Assembly (NCBI GenBank): GCA_965223345.1
Contig: CBDCWG010000012.1
Location: forward strand, 1,120,001 to 1,184,000
Origin: Nitrospinales bacterium
Lineage (GTDB): Bacteria > Nitrospinota > Nitrospinia > Nitrospinales > VA-1
Direction of reading: 5' to 3'
DNA: 64,000 bases
Shown: piece after piece, positions 55,570 to 64,000 of the stretch
Layout of the letters: each line of letters begins with the position of its first letter
How positions within the stretch are numbered: position 1 is the stretch's first letter
Position numbers and translations under genes: made by a program
The notes under the pieces: model-generated
The model's database searches: none
The model's input: only the letters and a program-made list of their open reading frames with translations
What the model was told of the DNA's origin: nothing

Positions 55570-57513
55570 TCATGCCGGTTTGTTCGCATCGAGCGAGGCG
55601 ATGAGTTCTTTCAGCGCGCGCGACATCGCTACCGGATAGGCGGTTTTTTCTTCCAGGCGCTGCAACGGATCAGGCAGCGCTGACAGTGACATGCGGCTGC
55701 GCTCGCGGATTTCAGCGAGGGAGGGATGCGGCCGCGTTCGCTTTCCCGCACGCATCACCGGCTGCAACAACAGCGTTCCTTCCTGCGTTTCCTCCTTGCG
55801 CGTCACCACATCCTTCAACATGCGGCCTTGTTCATCGAACAGGCGGTACACCTGTTTCGCTCCGGGGACGGTGGATTTGTCCTGCGAGCGCTTGCGCCGC
55901 GGCTGCCCCGCGTATTCCTGCAGCTTGTAGACGCAGTTGAGGCTGGGTGCGTCCGCGGAGGTGGTCAGCCGCGTTCCCACCCCGTAACCGTCGATGGGGG
56001 CGTGGCTGCGTGCGAGCTCGAGGAGTTTTGTTTCGTCGAGGTCGCCGCTGGCGAGAATGCGCACATCCTCGTGTCCTTTTGAATCGAAAATATCCCGGAC
56101 CGTGCGCGCCAGCGCGGCGAGATCGCCGCTGTCCAGGCGCACGCCGTGCAGCCGGCCGCCGGTCTGCTTGAGTTGCGTCGCGAGTTCTGCGGCCCGGTGC
56201 GCGGCCCGTTCGGTGTCGTAGGTGTCCAGCAGCAGCACGCAGTTGTCCGGCTGCGACGCGGCGAAGTCCCGGAAGGCCTGGGTCTCATCGCCGTGCGCCA
56301 GGATGTAGGAATGCGCCATGGTGCCGAACAGCGGGATGCCCCAGTGCGCCCCGGCTTGCACGGTGGCGGTGCCGGTGAAACCGGCCAGGTAGCTGGCCCG
56401 CGCCGCCAACAGCCCCGCCTCGGCGCCGTGCGCCCTGCGGAAACCGAAGTCGATGAGGTTTTTACCGTTGGCGGCGAGAATCAGGCGCGCCGCCTTGCTG
56501 GCGACCAGGATCGGGTACTGCAGCAGATTGATGATGCGCGATTCGACGAACTGCGCCTGCGACAGGGGAGCGGTGATTCGCAGCACCGGCTCGTCCGCAA
56601 AAAACACCGTGCCTTCCGGCATCGCGTCCACGTCTCCTGTGAAGCGAAACGCGGTGAGCGATTGCAGGAACGCTTCGCTGAAATGCCCGCTTTTGCCCAA
56701 CGCCGCAATCTCTTCCGTTGTGAAGCGCAGGTTTTCGAGATAGTCCAGGCAGTGTTCCAGACCGGCGGCGAGCAGAAAACCCCTTTCCTGTGGCAGCGCG
56801 CGCACGTAAAACTCGAACACCGCCGCGGCGTCCATGTTTTTTTCCCAGTAGCTGTTGAGCATGGTCAACTGGTACAGATCGGTCAGCAGCGGGGAGGGAT
56901 CGATGATAGGAGCGCGAAAATCCGCAAGCCGGCTCAGCGTGCAGCCCGCACGCACCATGTCCTCGATGGCGTTGAGTCCGTCGCCGGGATTCAGCTCGAC
57001 GGCGCGCACGGCGTCTTCCAGCAGGACCACCGTGAACCCTTCCTGCAGGGCGTCCTTGACGGTGTGCCGAATGCAGTAGTCGGTGGCGAGGCCGCCGACG
57101 AACACGCGCTGAACCTTGAGCGATCGCAGCCGCGCGGCGAGGTCGGTGCCCTGAAAGCCCGAATAGGCTTCGGCATCGGATGCGAACCCTTTGGAGATGG
57201 TCTCCGCCGCCGCCGGCAGTTCGAGCGCCTCGGCAAAGCGCGCCCCGGGACTGTCCTGCACGCAGTGCGGCGGCCAGGGACCGCCGTTGTCTTTGAACGA
57301 ACAGTGGGTGACGGGATGCCAGTCGCGGGTGGCGAACACCGGGAGTTGTCTGTCGGAGAAAAGCGCGAGGTACGCATTCAAAACCGGCACGACGGCGTCG
57401 CCGTGCGGGACGGCGAGCGCCCCTTCGGGCAGAAAATCGTTCTGCACGTCCACCACCAGCAGCGCGTCGCCGGGACCCAGCGTCCATCGCGAGTTTTCGT
57501 TGGGGGCCGCCAT
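55570..57513 (-). CDS. pncB: Fused nicotinamidase (PncA) - nicotinate phosphoribosyltransferase (PncB)
   Basis: N-terminal VDVQNDF, DWH, WPPHC, SKG and GLATDYC; C-terminal LLTDLYQLTM, DFGFRRAH, GTMAHS and RLDSGD. One uninterrupted frame. Confidence 0.92.
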   Translation of the reverse strand: MAAPNENSRWTLGPGDALLVVDVQNDFLPEGALAVPHGDAVVPVLNAYLALFSDRQLPVFATRDWHPVTHCSFKDNGGPWPPHCVQDSPGARFAEALELPAAAETISKGFASDAEAYSGFQGTDLAARLRSLKVQRVFVGGLATDYCIRHTVKDALQEGFTVVLLEDAVRAVELNPGDGLNAIEDMVRAGCTLSRLADFRAPIIDPSPLLTDLYQLTMLNSYWEKNMDAAAVFEFYVRALPQERGFLLAAGLEHCLDYLENLRFTTEEIAALGKSGHFSEAFLQSLTAFRFTGDVDAMPEGTVFFADEPVLRITAPLSQAQFVESRIINLLQYPILVASKAARLILAANGKNLIDFGFRRAHGAEAGLLAARASYLAGFTGTATVQAGAHWGIPLFGTMAHSYILAHGDETQAFRDFAASQPDNCVLLLDTYDTERAAHRAAELATQLKQTGGRLHGVRLDSGDLAALARTVRDIFDSKGHEDVRILASGDLDETKLLELARSHAPIDGYGVGTRLTTSADAPSLNCVYKLQEYAGQPRRKRSQDKSTVPGAKQVYRLFDEQGRMLKDVVTRKEETQEGTLLLQPVMRAGKRTRPHPSLAEIRERSRMSLSALPDPLQRLEEKTAYPVAMSRALKELIASLDANKPA

Positions 57514-57630
57514 CGTCTTCCCATCCGTTCGTTGAGGATCGTGAAGGGCTATTATGGCCTGAAGCCGGGCCGGCTGGCAAGCCGGGCGCGAAAAGCGGGA
57601 TGGTTGCGGATGCGTGCCGCTGCCGGGGAA

Positions 57631-58611
57631 CTACAGTTCGGGTCCCATGAAGCGGATGAAGCTCTGCAGGATTTTGGGATCGAATTCTTCGGCCATCTGA
57701 TTGTTCATGAGGTTGAGAGTGTCGAACGGGGACATGGCTTTTTTGTAGGAGCGGCGTGTGGTGAGGGCGTCGTAGACGTCCATCACTTTGCAGATGCGGC
57801 CGTAGAGGGAGATCTGCTCGCCCACCAGACCGTTCGGGTAGCCGTTGCCGTTGTACTGTTCGTGGTGGTCGCCGGCCATTTTCACCACGTTGGAGCGGTA
57901 GCAGCCCATGGAATCGAGCATCGCTTCGCCCAGAGCGGCGTGGCTCTTCATGGTCTCGAATTCCTGATCGGTGAGCTTGCCTTTTTTGTTGATGATCAGC
58001 GCGTCGATCTGCGCCTTGCCGACGTCGTGCAGCATGCCGCCGAGGCCGAGGTCCTTGATGTCGTTCTGCGACATGTTGGTTTTGATGCCGTAGACCATGC
58101 AGTACAGGCCGACGTTGACGCTGTGGGTGTAGGTGTAATAGTCCTTGTTGGTGATCATGGACAAGCCGTAATACCCGGTGCTGGAGCTGGCCAGGCACTG
58201 CTCCATGATGTCCATGACTTCTTCCGAAGTCTGGAGGACCTTCTGCGAGGCGTTGTATTCAAAAAATTCCTGCATGATCTCCTGGGACACATTGTAAATT
58301 TTCTGGGTTTTCTGTTTTAACGGGACCTTGGGGTTGGAGATCAGGTTTTTCAGGCTCTGGGTGACGTGGTGGTAGTACTTGATCAGGTCCTCTTCGCGGA
58401 CAAAATAATCCTGCGTGGGTTCGCCTTTTTCCAGGATGTTCTGGATCTTTTCCTGGTGACGCGGGTCGGTGCTGGCGAACTTCACGTAGCGAACCGTGCC
58501 GAAGGACCGGGTCTGGTAAAAGATCTCGAAATGCTCGCTGGACCGGGATACCAGAAACTCCAGGTTGATGGGGCGGAACTGCTCCTGATCCTGTTCGATG
58601 GCGGTTTTCAC
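57631..58611 (-). CDS. HD-GYP c-di-GMP phosphodiesterase
   Basis: YTYTHSVNV, LHDVGK, HHEQYNGNGYP and DVYDALTT.RSYK motifs. Start uncertain (GTG 58611). Confidence 0.92.
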   Translation of the reverse strand: MKTAIEQDQEQFRPINLEFLVSRSSEHFEIFYQTRSFGTVRYVKFASTDPRHQEKIQNILEKGEPTQDYFVREEDLIKYYHHVTQSLKNLISNPKVPLKQKTQKIYNVSQEIMQEFFEYNASQKVLQTSEEVMDIMEQCLASSSTGYYGLSMITNKDYYTYTHSVNVGLYCMVYGIKTNMSQNDIKDLGLGGMLHDVGKAQIDALIINKKGKLTDQEFETMKSHAALGEAMLDSMGCYRSNVVKMAGDHHEQYNGNGYPNGLVGEQISLYGRICKVMDVYDALTTRRSYKKAMSPFDTLNLMNNQMAEEFDPKILQSFIRFMGPEL

Positions 58612-58883
58612 GATGGGCTCGCAACGATCCTGAAAATGGGCTGTTTGGGGGCCTTCTTCACCAGTATAAGGGGGGCTCCGGCGGCCAATCAAGCCTTTGA
58701 TTTATATGTATTTATTGTAGTTTTCGGTCTTTGGGGACGGGGTGCGGGGGATTTATTTCAACATTTACTGTAAATGCTAATTTATCAAGCGTTTTGCCCT
58801 CTGGAGGGAAGGCGGCACGGACGGAACCGGATGCGCCGGGGCCGGATTTTGCGTGAAAAAATTTTCGTCCGGGCGGCCCGGAA

Positions 58884-60737
58884 TCAACCGGCGGAGTAGG
58901 CTTGCGGTGCGCGGGCCATGAGGTGCACCATGGAGCGGGCGCAACCCAGCAGGTCGGTCATCGAGAGGCTCTCGCCGGGTTCGTGCATGCGCGCCTCCGG
59001 ATCGTACGCGCCCAGGCACAGCGGCTGCACCTCTCCCAGAGCGTCCAGCAGCTTCGCCACAAACGGAATGGAGCCGCCGCAGCCGTACAGGCAGGCTTGG
59101 TGGCCAAAACCCGCTTCCAGGGAGGCCATCACTTCTGGAAACACCGGGTGGGTGATTGCGGTCATCCAGGGGGACGCGCCTTTGTCCGATCGCAGGATCA
59201 GCTCGAACCCCCGGGGTGTCTTTTCTTGCAGGTGCGCCTGCAGGTGCGCGGCCGCGTCCCGATCCCGATTGCCCGGAGCCAGGCGGATTTCGACGATCAT
59301 CTTCGCTTCGGGGTTTTCATACGTTTGTGCGTCGCCGCCGTTGGACACGAACAAAGGCTCGGTTCGGACGCGCGCGGGTGCGCTGGCGTCAAAAAAGCGG
59401 GCGATGTGGGGAGGCAGGGAGCCGTCTTCTGCAACCAGTTTGTCGATCAGGGCGGCGAGCTGCAATTCCGCCACTGGAAACGGACCGCCGTTGATGCCCG
59501 AGTGCGGCGACTTGCTGGACGCACGCAGAACGCAATCCACGGCCGTGCCGTCCGGACCGCAAGCGGCGATCTCGAGATTCAGCTTGAGGGAAAACCGGTT
59601 CCAGGCTTCGAAGGTGTTGGCCAGAGCCTGTTGGAGACCGGAAGGATCCTGGCAGGGAGAAAAATGCAGCCTGGCCCCGGCGGCCGCGAAAATGATGCTG
59701 CCGGAGATGCGGTTGCCCGGACGCACATTGACGAACGATTTTCGGAGCTGGGCCAACAGCACCGCTTCCACCGTTTCGGGCACGGTGCTGCGCACGCCGG
59801 GCAGCAGGCCCGCGGTTTCTTTCAACTGCTCCACGCTCGTGGGGACGCCGGCGTAACCCCGGGTCTCCTCCGGCGTCTCCGGGATGTCCGCGTTGCGGAT
59901 CGCCTCCACCGCGATCGAATGGTCTTCGCGGATCAGGGTCGCCATCAGTTTGTACAGCGCGGTCTGCGCGTCGATGCCGGCCGGTTGCGAATCCTGAGCA
60001 CGCAGCGAAGCTTCGATCTGAACGATGCCTCTCAGCGATGTGGTGAGTCCGGGCATGCCGGTCGCCGGATTGACGACATCGGTGATCACCACGCAGTCGG
60101 TGCCGGAAAAGAAATCCTTGTTTTCCTGAATCTGCTGGATGAGCGAGTGGGAACCGCATTCCTCTTCGGTTTCATAGATGACCTTGATGTTGCAGGGAAG
60201 GGCGTCGTTGTGCTGCGGCGAAAGATCGCCCGGTTTGAGACCCAGCGCGCCCAGCATCGCCTCGACGGCGATGCCGATGGACACCACGCCGCTCAGGTCG
60301 TCCGCAGCGCCCCGCCCGTAGGCGCGCGTGTGGCTTTCGTTCCAGGTCAGCTCGGTGGGCGGGATGCCGCCCCACTGCGCGAATGTGCCGTCGTCCATGT
60401 AGGGCTGCTTGTCCAGATGGGCGTAAAATAAAAGTGTGGGTTTGTCGGCGGCGGCCGGGATGCCTGCCATGAGGATCGGCGTCGAACCGGGTGGATCGGC
60501 GGGAGCCTCATTGATGCGGATGTGGGTGAAGCCGATGCCTTTCAGGTACTGTTCCGCGCAGTGCAAAATCTCCTGCATGTCGGTCGGGGTTTTGCGATCG
60601 CCCTCGAATTCGTTCACGTTGAAGCTGCGGCTGTCGATCTTCACCATTTGCGTGAGCACGTCCAGATGACGGCGGACGAGGTCGGTATCCGGCTGGATCT
60701 GCTCGCAGGCGTTTTTCACCCACTCGTTTGCGTTCAT
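58884..60737 (-). CDS. M20-family metallo-dipeptidase, enlarged
   Basis: YAHLD, GRGAADD, EEECGS, SLRG, GGSIP and MHEPGE motifs. Confidence 0.88.
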   Translation of the reverse strand: MNANEWVKNACEQIQPDTDLVRRHLDVLTQMVKIDSRSFNVNEFEGDRKTPTDMQEILHCAEQYLKGIGFTHIRINEAPADPPGSTPILMAGIPAAADKPTLLFYAHLDKQPYMDDGTFAQWGGIPPTELTWNESHTRAYGRGAADDLSGVVSIGIAVEAMLGALGLKPGDLSPQHNDALPCNIKVIYETEEECGSHSLIQQIQENKDFFSGTDCVVITDVVNPATGMPGLTTSLRGIVQIEASLRAQDSQPAGIDAQTALYKLMATLIREDHSIAVEAIRNADIPETPEETRGYAGVPTSVEQLKETAGLLPGVRSTVPETVEAVLLAQLRKSFVNVRPGNRISGSIIFAAAGARLHFSPCQDPSGLQQALANTFEAWNRFSLKLNLEIAACGPDGTAVDCVLRASSKSPHSGINGGPFPVAELQLAALIDKLVAEDGSLPPHIARFFDASAPARVRTEPLFVSNGGDAQTYENPEAKMIVEIRLAPGNRDRDAAAHLQAHLQEKTPRGFELILRSDKGASPWMTAITHPVFPEVMASLEAGFGHQACLYGCGGSIPFVAKLLDALGEVQPLCLGAYDPEARMHEPGESLSMTDLLGCARSMVHLMARAPQAYSAG

Positions 60738-60857
60738 GGTCGCGGTTCCCTTCTATTGAGGCTCTGTGGCGTGTGGGCGGGGCTCGCCCTTTCTTTACTT
60801 GTGGTGGTTCGCCGTATATTATAGGCCGTGGCGGCTGAGATGGAAGGTCCTTCCTGC

Positions 60858-61211
60858 ATGGCGGCCAAAACAACCGATGACCGGAACTTCCGGCAGCGTC
60901 CGGTTCACGATCGAAAACCCACGGCGACCCTCATGGTGCAACGGCTGGTCAATCTTTACAAGCTCACGCAGATCCTCAGAGAGCGGGGCAACTGGCAGCT
61001 CATCCGTCACTCCCGCAAGCAGCTCGAGGATTTCATCCTGTGCCGATCCGGTCTCAATAAAAAGTCCTGGCTCGGTGGGCTGTTGCACTGGTTTCGCATG
61101 CTCAAGGGACTCGATGTGCTCATCTGGCGGCTGGAAACGTTCGGGTTCCTGTTTGAAGAAGGGCTAGCGGAAGAGGACAAAAAACGCCTGAACCGCTCTC
61201 TTCCGCAATGA
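60858..61211 (+). CDS. Hypothetical protein
   Basis: 117 aa with plausible codon usage, filling the gap upstream of the ArnT-like gene. Confidence 0.6.
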   Translation: MAAKTTDDRNFRQRPVHDRKPTATLMVQRLVNLYKLTQILRERGNWQLIRHSRKQLEDFILCRSGLNKKSWLGGLLHWFRMLKGLDVLIWRLETFGFLFEEGLAEEDKKRLNRSLPQ

Positions 61212-61242
61212 ACCCTCTCCGCATCGATTTCACCTCCATATC

Positions 61243-62718
61243 TTGATTCCCACACTGAAAGACAAAACATTCCAGTGGCTGTTTCTGGTGTTGTGCACCG
61301 GGCTCATCCTGTTGGGCCGGCAGCTCGACGTGGGTCTGCCCAACTTCGACGACGCCTACTACGCGCAGAAGGCCAAAGAGATGGCGGCGTCGGGAAACCT
61401 CTGGGTGGTGACGCACAACGGCGAACCGGATTTTGCCAACCCGCCGTTTCCTTTCTGGATGACGGCGCTGGCGTTCAAGCTGTTCGGCGTTTCGGGGTAC
61501 GCCGCGGTGTTGTTCCCGGCGCTGTTCGGGCTCGCGACGGTGCTGCTGACCTACGCGTTGTGCCGGTTGCTTTATGAAGACAACTGGACGGCGTTTTTCG
61601 CGGCGTTCGTGCTGATCTTTCCGGGCATGTTCATGGATGCGGCGCGCCGGGCGATGGTGGATGTGACGCTTGCGTTCTGCGTGACCGGAGCGATGTTTTT
61701 TTTCTTCAAAGCAACGCGGGACCGGCGGTTTTATCTGCTCTACGGATTGATGACGGCGCTGGCCATCCTGACCAAGAGCGTGCTCGGCCTGTTTCCCCTG
61801 ATGGTGGGCGGTGTCGTTTTGCTCTTGAGCAAACGGTTCAAGCAACTGTTCGATCCGTATTTTTTATGCGGCGCGGCGCTGGCATTGGGCCTGGGTTTCA
61901 GCTGGCACATGGTGAACGGGGCGCTGTTCGGCGCGGCGTTTTTCGACACGCATTTCGGTGTGCTCATTTTCAACCGCGGATTCGAAACCCAGGCGCCGCC
62001 GTTTTATTTTCTCGGCTACGCGCAGGATTTTCTCAAAAACTACTGGCCGTGGCTGCCGCTGGCGCTGATCGGTTTGTGGAAATTCGGCAGGCGGGCTTTT
62101 GCTGACAAGGATTTCAACAGCCTCGCGATTCTGGTGTGGATCGTACTGGTTTACGCGGTGATGAGCACCAGCACCAACCAGACGCTGCGCTACCTATTCA
62201 TGATCTTTCCGCCGCTTGCGATCTTGATCGCCAAAACGCTTGCGGACTGGCTTTCCGAAACCACCCGCGAGCGGCTTTGGCCGTCGATGGCGGGCGTGGT
62301 GCTGGTGACGGTCGTCTTTGTGAACGCCACGCCTTTGCAGGTCAAGGTGAGCCTGTCGCCCAACAGCGTCGAGGTGCGGCAGCTTGCGGCGGTGATCTAT
62401 TTGAACACGCCTTCCGATCAGCGGATCGGCAATTACCGGCTTTCCGCGCACAACCCGCGGCAGGCGATGCTGTTTTATGCGGACCGGTATCTCGACGATC
62501 CTGTGAGAGACCCGGACACGCTGCTCGAACGGCTGGAAGAAGCGTCCCCCGTCACCTGGCTGACCTCGATCGAGGAATTTCGCAAACTCACCCGAAGCCA
62601 CCCCGGACGTTTTTACCTGATTCAGGGCAACCGCAAATACGCGTATTTCACTTCCGAAGCGCAAAGGGATAGGGTCCGCTACGATTTTTCCGGGATGACC
62701 CTGCCGCACATTCGCTGA
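61243..62718 (+). CDS. ArnT/PMT-like (GT-C) membrane glycosyltransferase
   Basis: DDAYYAQKAKEM, F.NPP..FW, LTK and RY motifs; about 12 TMs. Confidence 0.88.
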   Translation: MIPTLKDKTFQWLFLVLCTGLILLGRQLDVGLPNFDDAYYAQKAKEMAASGNLWVVTHNGEPDFANPPFPFWMTALAFKLFGVSGYAAVLFPALFGLATVLLTYALCRLLYEDNWTAFFAAFVLIFPGMFMDAARRAMVDVTLAFCVTGAMFFFFKATRDRRFYLLYGLMTALAILTKSVLGLFPLMVGGVVLLLSKRFKQLFDPYFLCGAALALGLGFSWHMVNGALFGAAFFDTHFGVLIFNRGFETQAPPFYFLGYAQDFLKNYWPWLPLALIGLWKFGRRAFADKDFNSLAILVWIVLVYAVMSTSTNQTLRYLFMIFPPLAILIAKTLADWLSETTRERLWPSMAGVVLVTVVFVNATPLQVKVSLSPNSVEVRQLAAVIYLNTPSDQRIGNYRLSAHNPRQAMLFYADRYLDDPVRDPDTLLERLEEASPVTWLTSIEEFRKLTRSHPGRFYLIQGNRKYAYFTSEAQRDRVRYDFSGMTLPHIR

Positions 62719-62727
62719 GAGCGTCTC

Positions 62728-64000
62728 TCACCGGTTGGTGAACAGGTGGACGGTTTCCACGAAATCGGGCGACTGCAAATCGAGCTTCTTCTGCCACATC
62801 TCCTTGAGCTCCTGCCATTTCACCCGGCGTTTTTTCCAGATGGAATCGGAGGTTTGCAGTTGCAGGGACAGCTCGTGAAACTGGCTTTGCCAGTCCTCAT
62901 CGCGCATCACCAGGTACACGGTGTCTTCGGTGTTGAGGAAATCACGCAGGTCTTCCGGGGTGAAGATGTATTTTGCCGGATGCCCGGTCAAGACGCCGAT
63001 TCTCGCCTGGTGGCTGCCGAGGCGGTAGACGCCGATGCGCTCGCTCCCCTCAGCGCTTTGCTGAATGGTGCTGGCGAAGGTTTTCATGGGATAGCGGTTG
63101 AAATAGGGCAGCGCCTCACCGTGAATGAGCCCGAAAGTCAGGATCTGCAGGGTGGCCAGGGTGAGAATCAGGGGGGTCTTTTTCCTGAACAGGTGCATCA
63201 CAAACACCACCACGATGCCGGTGGCCAGAAACAGCGGCGTGAAATGGACGTTGAAGGGAACCGGCTGAAAGGAGTTGAACAGGATCACCGCCGCTCCCAG
63301 AGCCACCGTGATCAGCAGGTAGAGACAAAGAGTGAGGTAGAACGGAATCTGGAAAACGGCACTTCGGAAACCGCGCGGGGATTGCATGAGGGCGACCCAG
63401 AAATGCGCCAGCAGCATCACGATGGCGGGGGAGGCGGGCAGCAGATAGCGGCTGTGCTCGATGCGAAACACGGTGAACATGAGCAGCGGAACCGCGATCC
63501 AGAGTGCGCAGAGCAACGGGGCGTAGGGCTGCGATGCGGCGGCCTCTGCGGTTTCGGTTTCGGCGGGCCGGTTGCGTTCGCGCCAGGATGTATTGCGAAA
63601 ATAAAAACCCAGCGAAAAAATCAGAAACAGCGACCAGGGCAGGTAATAACGCAGCAGGACGCCGAAGTAGTAGGCGCTGAACGGCACCTGATGAAAGATC
63701 CGGTCTTTGATCTCCGGACCCAGAATATGGTTGATGAACTCCTCGCCGTGCAGCGCGGCCATCGCGACAAACCAGGGCGCGTCCACGAACAGCATGAGGA
63801 CGATGCCCGTGCCCAGCCGCATCTGGCGCAGCATGTTGCCGTCGCGACGCAGCAGCAGAAATGCCAGCACCACCAGGGCCGGTATCAGAATCGCAGGCGG
63901 GCCTTTGATCAAAAACCCCACCGCCATCGACAAATAGAACAGATACAGGTTAGCGGCGCGCCACGTTTCCTGCTGGTAGGCCCTCACGAAGAAAAAAAGC
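62728..64000 (-). CDS. ArnT-like membrane glycosyltransferase (partial, 5' end outside window)
   Basis: GFLIKGP, PWF, LPWSLFL and RYLLPA.P motifs. Confidence 0.85.
   Translation of the reverse strand, partial: LFFFVRAYQQETWRAANLYLFYLSMAVGFLIKGPPAILIPALVVLAFLLLRRDGNMLRQMRLGTGIVLMLFVDAPWFVAMAALHGEEFINHILGPEIKDRIFHQVPFSAYYFGVLLRYYLPWSLFLIFSLGFYFRNTSWRERNRPAETETAEAAASQPYAPLLCALWIAVPLLMFTVFRIEHSRYLLPASPAIVMLLAHFWVALMQSPRGFRSAVFQIPFYLTLCLYLLITVALGAAVILFNSFQPVPFNVHFTPLFLATGIVVVFVMHLFRKKTPLILTLATLQILTFGLIHGEALPYFNRYPMKTFASTIQQSAEGSERIGVYRLGSHQARIGVLTGHPAKYIFTPEDLRDFLNTEDTVYLVMRDEDWQSQFHELSLQLQTSDSIWKKRRVKWQELKEMWQKKLDLQSPDFVETVHLFTNR

Overview
GC-rich, gene-dense bacterial chromosome segment. The gene content and style suggest a Nitrospina/Nitrospinota-like or Deltaproteobacteria-like organism (inference only). 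Left to right: (1) a minus-strand PilZ - GAF/GAF/degenerate-GGDEF - orphan MreB - Cys-rich protein - 2Fe-2S ferredoxin unit; (2) tRNA-Val(TAC) and tRNA-Asp(GTC), each with its own sigma70 promoter; (3) an orphan PAS/GAF kinase and a SprA-related gene; (4) an oxyanion-uptake cluster phoBR - modABC - OprO/P-type porin - Porin_5-like porin - pstSCAB - phoU, with ModE-type boxes and a candidate non-canonical Pho box; (5) a 10-Cys secreted peptide and an FGE-like - msrP - DUF1566 unit without msrQ; (6) ybbP-ybbA/tesA, a TrpD-like protein, a radical SAM plus CDP-alcohol phosphotransferase pair, and a LON-N protein; (7) an ATP-grasp ligase - glutaredoxin - lysine 2,3-aminomutase operon, the best candidate for an undescribed pathway; (8) ExeA-SPOR, TPR and DUF502 genes; (9) a sigma54-driven flagellar operon flgC-fliFGHIJ-ylxF lacking flgB and fliE, preceded by an AMIN-TPR - FleS - FleR-like unit; (10) c-di-GMP genes (DGC, HDOD, HD-GYP) around a PncA-PncB fusion; (11) an enlarged M20 peptidase and two ArnT-like glycosyltransferases. 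No CRISPR array, rRNA, IS element or prophage was recognised.
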